From NCBI GenBank assembly GCA_964016885.1, contig OZ024748.1, forward strand, positions 34,224,001-34,288,000: 64,000 nt of DNA, in the 5' to 3' direction. Source of the stretch: Eledone cirrhosa (taxonomy: Eukaryota). A program made the position numbers and the translations under genes. This document shows positions 24,780 through 37,459 of this stretch, one piece after another; position 1 is the first letter of the stretch, and every line of letters begins with the position of its first letter. The notes under the pieces were generated by a model, which was not told the DNA's origin, made no database searches, and saw only the letters and a program-made list of their open reading frames with translations.

Positions 24780-25745
24780 CTTCGAAGAGTCTGTTAGTTG
24801 AAGAGGAGATCCAGGTACTGTTTGCTTCGGTCTAGTTTACAGGTGAGACACACTAAGTGGAGGAATTATCTCATAGAAGAGGTTAAGAGAGAAAAGAAGG
24901 CATTGAAGAGTAGATGGACTGAAGGCACCTCTGAAAATACTGTACAAAGACATTAAGAAAAGCTTCTGCCAGTAAACGCGTGAGAAGAGAGGAAAGACGG
25001 TTCAAGTGGCAGTGCCGGAGAAGACCCTTTTAAGTATGCTAATGGGCTGCTCCAGATGAGACATGCAGTGTCCCACTTGTACAGTGTATATACTGACAAT
25101 CTCTGGGATATCCCTATGCCACCAATTTAGGGGACACCAAAGCCAACAGCTCCTCAGCAAAATTTAATCTTGGCGACCTTCGATCGAAGAGTGTGTCAGG
25201 CCAAGATAGAGTTCCATACAAAATCTACAAGGAATGCCCCACTCTGTCCAACAAACTGTCTCCCATTCTTAGAAGAGACTGGAAAGAGAAGGTGGGTATG
25301 GATCACTGGAAAAGAGCAGACAACATCTACCTTCCAAAGGATCAGAATTCGTCAGCACTTGACCAGTTGAAGCCAATTACCTTACTGAATGTAGATTGAA
25401 AAAATATTCCTTGCGATTATTGCTGGACAAGTGATGATATTTCTGTGGACTAAGGATTATATCGATGTCATGGAACAGAAAGATGGCATCTTATGTGTAT
25501 CGAGGTGCGTAGAACATGGGAACATGATCTGAGATACCATACAGACAGCCAAGAAGGAGAAAACATACTTGGTAGTTGTGTCGTTTGACCTGGAAAATAC
25601 TCTCGAGTCAATTTAGCACAAATTGCATGAGATTTCTATGGACCTCTTCTGGATCCCACCTGAAGTACAATGATCATGGATCCCTCCCTCCTGAAGTACA
25701 TTGGTGAAGTTCTATTATAACAAGTTCTACATGTGATTTACCAAA
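24780..25745 (+). pseudogene. Degenerate reverse transcriptase of a Hero/NeSL-like non-LTR element
   Basis: YKIYKECPTL...W...IYLPKDQNSSALDQLKPITLLNVD-stop-KIF...YID..EQK.GI....CVEH...AKKEK..LVVVSFDLEN covers early RT domains, with stops. Confidence 0.7.
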
Positions 25746-25975
25746 TATATATATATATATATAGTATAACTCAACAAAAAAGAAAAACGAACACAGACAT
25801 ATACATGTATGTGTTCAAATCGTAATGGACCAGATTTACGATTTGAACACATATTTACGATTTACGATTTGAACACATATGACTGCGTTCGTTTTTATTT
25901 TTTCGGTTCGGAAAACCCTTTTTCCTAAAGTTAATTTTACTGTAATGAGACTATTTTGAGCTTCTAACTCAATAC

Positions 25976-26027
<52 letters not shown>

Positions 26028-26030
<3 letters not shown>

Positions 26031-26347
26031 CGTTTCTGAATTTGTTTAGCAAGATTCTTTATCTGAAATCGTGTGTTGAAACCGATATTGTTAAACAAAA
26101 TGGCGTAGGATAGAAGAAAGGAAAGGCACAGAAACGAAGAAAGAAATCCCCAGTCACTGAAGAGGTCACAGAGTGTGTGACGAAAGAACTATGACTATAT
26201 ATATATAAACAACTATCTGGTTGTGGAACCAACCAACCAACCAGAAATTTATAAATTTGTAAATTTATAAATATTTAATAAATTAAATTGAAGTGAAAGC
26301 AACTGGTGCGTGTGTTTCTTATTGGCAACATGACCCTCCCAAAGTAT

Positions 26348-26352
<5 letters not shown>
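26028..26352 (+). mobile_element. PLE family B pLTR with inverted tail at its 5' end
   Basis: 26092-26352 matches ~5765-6020. Bases 26028-26091 are the reverse complement of ~3357-3420. Confidence 0.75.
26152..26196 (+). ncRNA. Minimal hammerhead, family B (best copy)
   Basis: agtca-CTGAAGA-g(gtcaca gagtg tgtgac)-GAAA-gaac-TA-tgact. Confidence 0.7.
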
Positions 26353-26417
<65 letters not shown>

Positions 26418-26826
26418 GTAAATATTCAATTATTTTGATTGACCTCTTTTTGCTTGTCTTGACTTTTTGGCTTAGGTGGTTGATGGCTTCTTGACCGCCA
26501 TCTCAGTTTGTTCGACCTTTATAACCTATGTTTATTGCTCTGGTCTTTATTTGGTCCATGGAACGCTTGCCAGCATATCTCGAATATTGCGTTTCGTTTT
26601 GTTTTCGACCACAGCCGAAATCCGATCTCGCTGAAATTATATTTGTATATATATATATATATAAATAGCCCCTCTACCTCCTGCTGTTTTTATGTGCCTG
26701 TGTATATGCGTATATTTATGAGTACATGTATGTGTTTGTATGAGTGGCCGTTCGTTTGTATGAATATCGTTGTGTGTACGTGCGATCATATGTACCTGAT
26801 TCGGGGCATGTATGTGTATGTTTTTA

Positions 26827-26868
<42 letters not shown>

Positions 26869-26871
<3 letters not shown>

Positions 26872-29700
26872 TAGGAACAAGTAAGACCCCGACGGCTGAG
26901 CTCAAGCCGTTTCGACGGCTAATTCTGGACTGAATGAAAATTTATTCTGGTATTTAAATAGCCGAGCTTATCAAGGGGTAATTCCATATATGGTCAAAGA
27001 GACAATCACCAGGATTGGTCACATCACAAGTTAGTAGTAAATCGGTGATGGCAAATTGGTGGGGAAAGGGGTAGCTAAACCTGCCGGAAGGAGAAAAGGG
27101 GAGAGGGGGTGGAGTAGACCCATTCATGCGTTGGTAGTGCCGGCTACAGCTGGGCGTGAGGTCAAATGGATACTGGGAAGGTGAGGGGAGGAATTCGAAA
27201 CGGTAAGTAGAACAATGAGGGTAAAACTATAAACAGTACTGAGAGAGAAAAAAAATAAGCAAAGTCAGGTTACTAAGACTTAAGTCTCTCGCTATTGCTA
27301 GGCTAAAGAAATACATAAATAAATAAATAAACAAATACGTGAATAAAAGAATAGATAAATAAATTTAAAAAATATATATATAATGAAGAATAAAAAAATA
27401 AAAATAAAAATAAACTAGGTGGGACGGAAATAAAGGGACCCTTATACGAGGTATAAGTGCGTGTATCGTACGGTGACGTGTCAACAAAGGGGGGGGGGGC
27501 CAAAGTACTAAAGAGACTGCCACGAAATAATAAAGGTTTCTACCCCAATCACAGGGCCAGCAACCACCCAGTGCAAGAAAGTAAACTAGTACGAAAATAT
27601 AATTTAGGGTCCCGCAAAAAAATACTAGTGCTAACTCTAAGGGTACCGCCACGAAACGAAAAGTCTTATACACGCTACATGAAAGATCGTACGAAGTAAA
27701 AGTAAAGAACGGAAAATTAATACAGAAACACCCCCCCCCCCCCAAACAAAAGGGAAAAAGAAGAAAGAAATACTGGATAAACGAGAAATTAAAGCAAAGA
27801 TGCCACTAAGAAATATAGAAGGCACGGGAAAAAGGGACAGCGGTCGGAGAAGGGGGCAAATATCCGAAGTCTAACACCTCTGCTATAAAAAGCGGAGTCA
27901 GCCAAATCTATCATAGAATAGGGGAAGGGGGTGGGGGTGTTGAAGCTACAAGGGACCGAGGGGCTACCTCGGGTGGGCGAGAAAAAGACGACGACAAAGA
28001 AAAGGAACTGGGGTAGAAGGACTAGGGAGGGATGGGGGAAGAAGGAAATATAGAGGAAGCGATAAAAGAATGTAAAAGAAGATCTTACGTCTCCATTGGC
28101 AAGCAGGAGTTACCCATTACAAAATAGGCAAGTGGGGAGTTATAGCCCTAGTCTACACCCCCGGGTCATTATGGGGTTTGAGGGCGAGATAAGTCCTACG
28201 TAATCGGTGTTTACACGCAGTAACCAGTTCATCTTTCTTGTTTAGGAGTTGGTCCGTCGAAAACAACATTTGTAAAGTTTCCTCCGAGCATAAATTGCAC
28301 GGACGGCGTCCTCCCGTGTAAGAGTTGGCTCTGGACAGTAATTTCCAAGTGAGATCATAGTTGATGTTGTTGTCCTTGGGGTCCCATATGTGGCCCGAAA
28401 GTGTAGTGGCGTGACGCCGGGCCGGGTTTCGGAAGGTATGTCTGTGTTGGTATAGCCGGGTCTTGAAGTCACATGCGGTTAATCCTATATAAGCTTTATT
28501 GGAGGTGTCCGTGCTCACGTTGCACTGGTAGATCACATTACGGTCTCTGCATCTGATGTCGAGGGGGCAACTGGATCTATCAGGACAATTGCACCTCCTG
28601 GTCGGCTCTCCACTGCTATTTGGGTTGTTTCTTCCATCGGGGTTGAGTTTTTGTTGTTGGAGGAGACGATGTTTTGTGCGAAGTTAGGTGTAGTGCTGTA
28701 AGAGAGTTTGATGGTATTTTTGTTAATTATGTTGTGGTAGCGGTGTTGTGGTGGGAAGTGTTTTTCAATGAGCCTAAAGAAAATTTTCCCGATGGGAGTT
28801 GTCACCTCGGCGTTGTGGGGAGGATTGAACCATGTTACATTGCGTGAGCGGCGGTGTCGCCTGCTGGTTCCGCTAATGGGAGCTGGACAGTAGGATATTT
28901 CCTCCCGGAAACCACTCCGCTTGAGGGCCTGTTCATCGAATATCTTCTCATTAGTTGACAAACGGGATGTGCAGAGGGAGATGTTTTTGACCAGGTTGTT
29001 GGTGATGTTCCTAGGATGGTTAGATCGGCGGTGGATGTAGTGCAGGTTGTCATTGGGTTTCCTGTATGGGTAGTACAGGTCATTATTGAGATCAAGGGTA
29101 ACGTCCAGGAAATTAACTCGGGTCAGGGACGTTTGTAGGGTTATTTTAAATCCCCAGTCGCGGAAGAAACTGATTAATTGTTTACGGACGCGATCTGTAC
29201 TACTGGGGTTGTACCCTTTAAGGGATAAGGAGCCCATCATCACGGTACAATCCACCACCGAAAGCAGGAAACATATCGGTGAGTTTGGCTATAAGGAATA
29301 ATCCTATAAGATCTGTGACCTCCGCCGAATCCGTCGCGCCCATGCTGACGTCGAAGGGTGAGTCGGGAGCTCTTTTTATCCATTTGGAGTTGTCGAAGAG
29401 TAAGACTGTCTTCCTGGCGTGGAGGATGATTTTTCTTTCCTGGTCGGTGATGGGCACAAGTGCTTCGGCGAAGTCCAAGGCGGCAGTAAGTAGCGGTAAC
29501 GTGATTGAAGCATAGTAGCTCTCTATGTCGAACTGGATAAATTTATTGTCTCGTTTATCCTCCATATTGCTGAACCATGAGATAACTTCCTGGGTGTTGA
29601 TCCATAGGCTAAGTTGGGCGTGTTGCTTGACTTTTGGTATCACGCGGTCTAGGATTTTTTTGCTGATTCTCCCTATGTCGGACTTCGTTGGGTTTATAAG
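26869..29700 (-). mobile_element. Penelope-like element family A, left arm (RT + GIY-YIG, frameshifted)
   Basis: RT motifs FIQFDIESYYASI, MGATDSAEVTDLIG, GLYRDDGL, VNFLDVTLDL, YPYRKP. EN motifs IYQCNV..YIGLT..FKTRLYQH..CNLCSEE..LLNKKDELVTACKH. About 1.2 kb of 3' region with an HHR. Confidence 0.92.
26886..26979 (-). ncRNA. Type I hammerhead with U3-A8 core
   Basis: acccc-TTGATAA-gctcggct[loop]agccgtc-GAAA-cggct[tgagctc]agccg-TC-ggggt. Confidence 0.8.
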
Positions 29701-29712
29701 CCTGGTTTATAA

Positions 29713-32359
29713 GCCGAAGCACTTGTGCCCATCACCGACCAGGAAAGAAAAATCATTCTCCACGCCAGGAAGACAGTCTTACTCTTTGACAACTCCAAAT
29801 GGATAAAAAGAGCTCCCGACTCACCCTTCGACGTCAGCATGGGCGCGACGGATTCGGCGGAGGTCACAGATCTTATAGGATTATTCCTTATAGCCAAACT
29901 CACCGATATGTTTCCTGCTTTCGGTGGTGGATTGTACCGTAGTACAGATCGGGTCCCTAAACAATTAATCAGCTTCTTCCGGGACTGGGGATTTAAAATA
30001 ACCCTACAAACGTCCCTGACCCGAGTTAATTTCCTGGACGTTACCCTTGATCTCAATAATGACCTGTACTACCCATACAGGAAACCCAATGACAACCTGC
30101 ACTACATCCACCGCCGATCTAACCATCCTAGGAACATCACCAACAACCTGGTCAAAAACATCTCCATCTGCATATCCCGTTTGTCAGCTAATGAGAAGAT
30201 ATTCGATGAACATGCGCCTTACTACAACCAGGCCCTCAAGCGGAGTGGTTTCCGGGAGGAAATATCCTACTGTCCAGCTCCCATTAGCGGTACCAGCAAG
30301 CGACACCGCCGCTCACGCAATGTAACATGGTTCAATCCTCCCCACAACGCCGAGGTGACAACTCCCATCGGGAAAATTTTCTTTAGGCTCATTGAAAAAC
30401 ACTTCCCACCACACTTCCTACCACAACATAATTAACAAAAATACCATCAAATTCTCTTACAGCACTACACTTAACTTCGCACAAAACATCGTCTCCTCCA
30501 ACAACAAAAAATTCAACCCCGATGGAAGAAACAACCCAAATAGCAGTGGAGAGCCGACCAGGAGGTGCAATTGTGCTGATAGATCCAGTTGCCCCCTCGA
30601 CAACAGATGCAGAGACCGTAATGTGATCTACCAGTGCAACGTGAGCACGGACACCTCCAATAAAGCTTATATAGGATTAACCGCATGTGACTTCAAGACC
30701 CGGCTATACCAACACAGACATACCTTCCGAAACCCGGCCCGGCGTCACGCCACTACACTTTCGGGCCACATATGGGACCTCAAGGACAACAACATCAACT
30801 ATGATCTCACTTGGAAATTACTGTCCAGAACCAACTCTTACACGGGAGGACGCCGTCCGTGCAATTTATGCTCGGAGGAAACTTTACAAATGTTGTTTTC
30901 GACGGACCAACTCCTAAACAAGAAAGATGAACTGGTTACTGCGTGTAAACACCGATTACGTAGGACTTATCTCGCCCTCAAACCCCATAATGACCCGGGG
31001 GTGTAGACTAGGGCTATAACTCCCCACTTGCCTATTTTGTAATGGGTAACTCCTGCTTGCCAATGGAGACGTAAGATCTTCTTTTACATTCTTTTATCGC
31101 TTCCTCTATATTTCCTTCTTCCCCCATCCCTCCCTAGTCCTTCTACCCCAGTTCCTTTTCTTTGTCGTCGTCTTTTTCTCGCCCACCCGAGGTAGCCCCT
31201 CGGTCCCTTGTAGCTTCAACACCCCCACCCCCTTCCCCTATTCTATGATAGATTTGGCTGACTCCGCTTTTTATAGCAGAGGTGTTAGACTTCGGATATT
31301 TGCCCCCTTCTCCGACCGCTGTCCCTTTTTTCCGTGCCTTCTATATTTCTTAGTGGCATCTTTGCTTTAATTTCTCGTTTATCCAGTATTTCTTTCTTCT
31401 TTTTCCCTTTTGTTTGGGGGGGGGTGTTTCTGTATTAATTTTCCGTTCTTTACTTTTACTTCGTACGATCTTTCATGTAGCGTGTATAAGACTCTACGTT
31501 TCGTGGCGGTACCCTCAGAGTTAGCACTAGTATTTTTTTGCGGGACCCTAAATTATATTTTCGTACTAGTTTACTTTCTTGCACTGGGTGGTTGCTGGCC
31601 CTTTGATTGGGGTAGAAACCTTTATTATTTCGTGGCAGTCTCTTTAGTACTTTACCCCCCCCCCCCCCTTTGTTGACCCGTCACCGTACGATACACGCAC
31701 TTATACCTCGTATAAGGGTCCCTTTATTTCCGTCCCACCTAGTTTATTTTTATTTTTATCTTTTTATTCTTCATTATATATATTTTTTTTTTATTTATTT
31801 ATCTATTCTTTTATTCACGTATTTGTTTATTTATTTATGTATTTCTTTAGCCTAGCAATAGCGACAGACCTTAAGTCTTAGTAACCAGTCTTTACTTATT
31901 TTTTTTCTCTCTCAGTACTGTTTATAGTTTTACCCTCATTGTTCTACTTACCGTTTCGAATTCCTCCCCTCACCTCCCCAGTATCCATTTGACCTCACGC
32001 CCAGCTGTAGCCGGCACTACCAACGCATGAATGGGTCTACTCCACCCCCTCTCCCCTTTTCTCCTACCGGCAGGTTTAGCTACCCCTTCCCCCACCAATT
32101 TGCCATCACCGATTTACTACTAACTTGTGATGTGACCAATCCTGGTGATTGTCTCTTTGACCATATATGGAATTATCCCTTGATAAGCTCAGCTATTTAA
32201 ATACCAGAATAAATTTTCATTAAGTCCAGAATTAGCCGTCGAAACGGCTTGAGCTCAGCCATCGGGGTCTTACTTGTTCCTATTACCCACTCTACTACCC
32301 TAAGTATTGAGTACTTTGGTGCGTTATGGTCCACCTGGTTCCTTACCACATTTCCTTCG

Positions 32360-32361
<2 letters not shown>
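29713..32361 (+). mobile_element. Penelope-like element family A, right arm (inverted copy)
   Basis: Reverse complement of 26869-29469. ORFs 29725-30435 and 30392-31006. Linker CNCADRSSCPLDNRC. The catalytic DD is deleted (GLYR|STDR). Carries an extra ~75-bp tail. Confidence 0.92.
32175..32268 (+). ncRNA. Type I hammerhead with U3-A8 core (stem mutations)
   Basis: atccc-TTGATAA-gctcagct...agccgtc-GAAA-cggct[tgagctc]agcca-TC-ggggt. Confidence 0.7.
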
Positions 32362-32415
<54 letters not shown>

Positions 32416-32424
32416 GTACATATG

Positions 32425-32516
<92 letters not shown>

Positions 32517-32613
32517 TCTCGACCGTTATATCGCGTGACTATCTCCCCCTCCGCCTTTTGGGATTCTTTCTCACGTCGTGTAGACGCGTTCTTGAGACTA
32601 GTAAAATGAGGTA

Positions 32614-32701
32614 TCCTCTTGATAAGTCGGCAGACCTCGCAAGGACTCTATATCTTTGATATATTGTTTTTGTTTATGCCACGAAACTACGTAGTCGAGG
32701 A
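32614..32701 (+). ncRNA. Hammerhead, U3-A8 core, palindromic stem III
   Basis: tcctc-TTGATAA-gt(c)ggca[long loop]tgccac-GAAA-ctacgtag-TC-gagga. Predicted cleavage after C32696. Confidence 0.8.
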
Positions 32702-33204
32702 ATTTAGGAACAGTTTAGGTATGATACATTTTATTACTAATTATATCTAAATGTTTCTTCTCTCTTCATAATGTATTTTTAACTCTGATACTGGTTCAGT
32801 CTAGTTCAAACTGAATTGGTCTGTCCCAGTCATTCATTGAGCAACATCGGTGAAGTTGGCACCCTTAACTCACAGTTGGGTGCGGATGCATTCATGTATA
32901 TATGTGTGTGTCCGCATGTATCTGTGTGTTTCTAAATATATTAATAACTCCCTCTGGTCGAGCAATCTTTGAAGTGTGGGGACAACTGGAAAGCTTCCAT
33001 TACTCATACTTCTCGCCTTCTTCACTACCTCTTCTGCGGCCTCGATATGAATACCCCCTCCGCCTCCGTGGTATTTTCTTCGTGGTTATAGGAGGCTTAG
33101 CTCTGTTTCTCGACCGTTATATCGCGTGACTATCTCCCCCTCCGCCTTTTGGGATTCTTTCTCACGTCGTGTAGACGCATTCTTGAGACTAGTAAAATGA
33201 GGTA

Positions 33205-33292
33205 TCCTCTTGATAAGTCGGCAGACCTCGCAAGGACTCTATATCTTTGATATATTGTTCTTGTTTATGCCACGAAACTACGTAGTCGAGGA
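33205..33292 (+). ncRNA. Hammerhead, U3-A8 core (second copy)
   Basis: Identical core and stems, 591 bp downstream. Predicted cleavage after C33287. Confidence 0.8.
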
Positions 33293-33397
33293 ATTTAGGA
33301 ACTGTTTAGGTATGATACATTTTATTACTAATTATATCTAAATGTTTCTTCTCTCTTCATAATATATATATATATATATATTAAAATAACAGATTAA

Positions 33398-33448
33398 AGT
33401 TTAAGCAAAGAATCGCTGCTTTCACCCTTAACGGGATCTTCTGAAACT
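33398..33448 (-). ncRNA. Hammerhead-like motif with CAGAAGA core
   Basis: agttt-CAGAAGA-t(ccc gttaa ggg)t-GAAA-gca[gcgattctt]tgc-TT-aaact. Confidence 0.6.
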
Positions 33449-36245
33449 AACAAAGTCAATCTGTAAACGCAGAAGTGGATATTTCAAAAAACGTTGCAAC
33501 CGTAGTAAGACAGGAAGACGAAACTTTGGTTCGTGGAAACGTTCGCTGGCAAAGAACGGGAAAAAACGAATATAATACGTCATTAATAGGAGCGGTGAAA
33601 AACAATTACGTGCAAAGACAGAACCACGTTTATGGTATAAAAGAAGTCGTAGACTAATGTTCTCTTAGGTGGTTTATAGAGACGTTCTCTGGCAATGAAC
33701 AGAAAAAACGAAGATAATACGTCATATATGGAGCGTGGAGAACAATTGCACGCAAAGACAAAACCACGTAAATGGTATAGCTGAAGTCGTAGACTAAAAT
33801 TCTAACTAGGAAACCGAATGATTCTCCGCTTCAGAGTTAAGAATAAAGTAAATAAGATACAATACAGAGGTAATAGAAATTAAATAAATACATACACGCA
33901 TACAAATACGTACATACACAGCATACGCGAAAACACTTGCCATAGATATACAAAACCACGCACATATAAATATGTGTGTGTGTGTGTGTGTGTGCGTGTA
34001 TACAAATAAATAAATAAATAAATAAACTTATATAAATAAATAAATACGTATATAACAAGCGCACACACATACCTACATGTAAATACACAAATGTTCGGAT
34101 ACATACGTCAACCAAAACATGAAGTACACATATACACACACCCTACATACGTACGAACCCGTATACTCACACAGACGCAAAACACCCGTATACATATAAC
34201 CAAACCATATGTACCAGAATATATAAAATTATACGCCATAACATATACAATCAAATATACGTACGAGAAAGTATACGTACCTTCACAAAACATACAGGTC
34301 ATATATACTTACCTCTGCAAATAAGTAATGGTATAAACATAACATATACTTAGCTACCACATCAAGACGTAAAATATCCACGTATAGATCGTACTATCCG
34401 TTAGGGTATAATGTGGGGCTGTAATACAGGAAAGTTTTGTGCAATTTATGTTTACAAGCCGAAATTGCCTCAGATGTTTTGTTTAAGATGTGTTCTGTGG
34501 CGTAGAGTATTTCCAGGGCCTCAGCGGCGCAGAGGTCACATGGTTTTTTATTTCCGTTAGACGATCTAGCCCTAGCTAGGGTCTCCCAGTATAACTTATA
34601 TTGGGTGTGGTTGTCATTTAGACTCCGGGAAATAAGCTGAAAGTGACCGCATATTCCTTCTTAGAGGGTAACGAAAAGAATAGGTATGCATATAAAGACG
34701 CTGCTTGAATCTATTGGCGGTTAACCCTATGTAGGCCCTACGAGACGTGGGTGTTTCAACCTTACATTTGTAGACAAAGTTACTAGAGAGGCATTTCCCG
34801 GATAGGGGGCAATCAACCCAATTCCTACAATTACAGTTAGTACTAACTACAGGGTTGCACGTGTTCCTACGGCTAGGTAGTTTAGCTAAATTTGAAGTTG
34901 TGATGTTATGTGCAAGGTTAGGAGTCGTAGAGTAAGAAATTTTAATAGTATTTCTATTAAAAATTTTACTATATTTATGTGTAGGGGGAAAATGCTTCGT
35001 AATAAGGGATAGAAAGATCTTAGCTAATGGTGTGGCCACCTCTATATTATATGGTGGGTTATACCAACAAATGCGACAGGATCTATTTCTTCTAGGTCTA
35101 TTTTCGTACTCTGTATATGCTACCTTATCGACAAATCCACTCCGAGCAAGAGCTTCATTGTAATTAGTGGAATGGTCGTTGAAAATATGCTCGTTAGTAG
35201 ATAGACGGGAAGGCCTCAACGAAACGTTTCTTACCAGGTTCTTTGCTATGCTGGCAGGATGGTTGGAATGCTTACTTATGTAATTAAGCGTATCATTCGG
35301 CTTTCTATATGGGTAATACAACCCATTCGATAAATTGAGGGTAACGTCGAGGTAGTTAACGACCGAGAGATTGGCCTCAACCTGTATAGAGAGGTTGAAG
35401 CCTTTAAAGAAGGCTGTGAGTTCTTTTCTGAACCTGTCGTACACACGAGGTCCGCACTTAATCATGGTCAAAAGACCATCATCACGGTACAAACCACAGC
35501 CCGCGTTGTGCAATTCGTCCTTGATAGAGAAAAGAAGGAAAAGGCCGATAAGATATTTAACCTTCGCAGAATCGGGTACTATTGGATTTTTTAATCCAAA
35601 TAGAGTCGTCGAAATTAATCACCGACTTACGGGCATTGAGGATGACATCAACTTCGAAATCCTTAACCACTGTGAGTGTTTTAGCGAAATTGATAGCTCT
35701 AAGGAGAGGTGGTAAAGTGATGGAGGAGTAGTAATTGTTGATGTCGAATTGGATAAAACGGCAATGTTCCTTGTTACATATGCCGTTGAACCAATCAATC
35801 ACCGCGAAAGAATTGTTTCACAGTGCAAGAAGGGCCAAACTTCTAATTTCAGGTATAATTCTATCGAGAATCCTTTTATTAAGTCTACCTAAATCGAACT
35901 TCGTAGGGTTAATAAGCCGAATAGAGGGGTTGTTCGGAAAATTGGATTTGTTCTCCACGCTCCACATATGACGTATTATCTTCTTTTTTTCCGTTCATTG
36001 CCAGAGAACGTCTCTATGAACCACCTAAGAGAACATTAGTCTACGACTTCTTTTATACCATAAACGTGGTTCTGTCTTTGCACGTAATTGTTTTTCACCG
36101 CTCCTATTAATGACGTATTATATTCGTTTTTTCCCGTTCTTTGCCAGGGAACGTTTCCACGAACCAAAGTATCGTCTTCCTCTCTTCCTCCGGTTGTAAC
36201 GTTTTTTTGAAATATCCACTTCTGCGTTTACAGATTGACTTTGTT

Positions 36246-36296
36246 AGTTTCAGAAGATCCCGTTAAGGGTGAAAGCAGCGATTCTTTGCTTAAATT
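36246..36296 (+). ncRNA. Hammerhead-like motif with CAGAAGA core (inverted copy)
   Basis: Same motif in the inverted pLTR. Confidence 0.55.
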
Positions 36297-36394
36297 TTAA
36301 TCTGTTATTTTAATAAATATTTGGTCTACGGTTCTTATATATTTGATATATACTTATCCTCATGAGCCCTCTTTGGATTCAAATTTATTATTAT

Positions 36395-36582
36395 TACTAT
36401 ATATATATATGTATATATAATGTATATATATATATATGTGTGTGTGTGTATATATGTGTGTGTGTATGTATATATATATATATATATATGTGTGTATATA
36501 TATATGTATGTGTGTATATGTATATATATATGTATGTATATATATATGTGTGTGTGTGTATGTGTGTGTACATGTGTATATG

Positions 36583-36659
<77 letters not shown>

Positions 36660-36698
36660 GTGTATGTGTATATATATATGTGTGTGCATGTGTATATG

Positions 36699-36753
<55 letters not shown>

Positions 36754-36880
36754 GTGTGTATGTGTATATATATATGTGTGTATATGTATATATATATATG
36801 TGTATATATATCTGTATATGTGTATGTGTGTTTATATGTGCGTATATGTGTATATATGTATACATGTATGTATGTGTGTA

Positions 36881-36935
<55 letters not shown>

Positions 36936-37109
36936 ATATATGTATATGTACATATATATGTGTATATATATACACGTATGTATGTGTGTGTGTGTGTATG
37001 TGGACCCTATAACTTACCGTGGATATCTGTGTATATATATATATGTGTGTGTTTATATATGTATATGTATATATATGTATGAGTATATACGTATATTTGT
37101 ATATATGTT

Positions 37110-37160
<51 letters not shown>
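36395..37160. repeat. Compound (TA)/(TG)/(TATG) microsatellite
   Basis: About 770 bp of alternating purine-pyrimidine repeats. The longest of many such tracts in 1-38 kb. Confidence 0.95.
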
Positions 37161-37163
<3 letters not shown>

Positions 37164-37289
37164 GTAGGAGGTGAGTTTTATTGTAGTACAATAAAGCAAT
37201 GCAGATATCGGATAAGAAGCACTCTACAGTTTGTAGGACTGGAGTATACATAATATATAAGATCAAAAGATGGTTAAAGGAGTTCCATG

Positions 37290-37360
37290 TATTTTATTAT
37301 GCGCATTTCAAAAACAAACATCATCATGCAATAATATTTGTGTTGTCATCAGATAAAACA
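37290..37360 (-). ncRNA. Hammerhead motif, same family as 843-912
   Basis: tgttttat-CTGATGA-(long stem II)-GAAA-tgcgca-TA-ataaaata, with palindromic atgcgcat. Confidence 0.75.
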
Positions 37361-37459
37361 GGAGAACATGATATGAAGGCTAAAAAACACTTGTGGATAG
37401 TGCAGTTTTAAATCAACATATATGTTGATTTAAAACTGCACTACTCTGAGTATGTGTCT

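Larger units (their letters stand above)
32513..33363 (+). mobile_element. Retrozyme-like non-coding element: 591-bp unit with ~260-bp direct repeats, each containing an HHR
   Basis: 32513-32772 repeats at 33104-33363 (offset 591) with very few differences. (TA)n on both sides. No credible ORF. Confidence 0.85.
33384..36385 (-). mobile_element. Penelope-like element family C (RT + GIY-YIG, frameshifted) with inverted pLTR
   Basis: ORFs 35557-35802 (FIQFDINNYYSSI) and 34614-35513 (GLYRDDGL, VNYLDVTL, CNCRNWVDCPLSGKC, VYKC..YIGLT..FKQRLYMH). Bases ~33384-33740 are inverted at ~35950-36312. Confidence 0.9.

Noticed and set aside
26869-32361. Large DNA transposon with long terminal inverted repeats
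   Set aside because: The arms themselves encode PLE RT/EN. There is no transposase and the ends are asymmetric.
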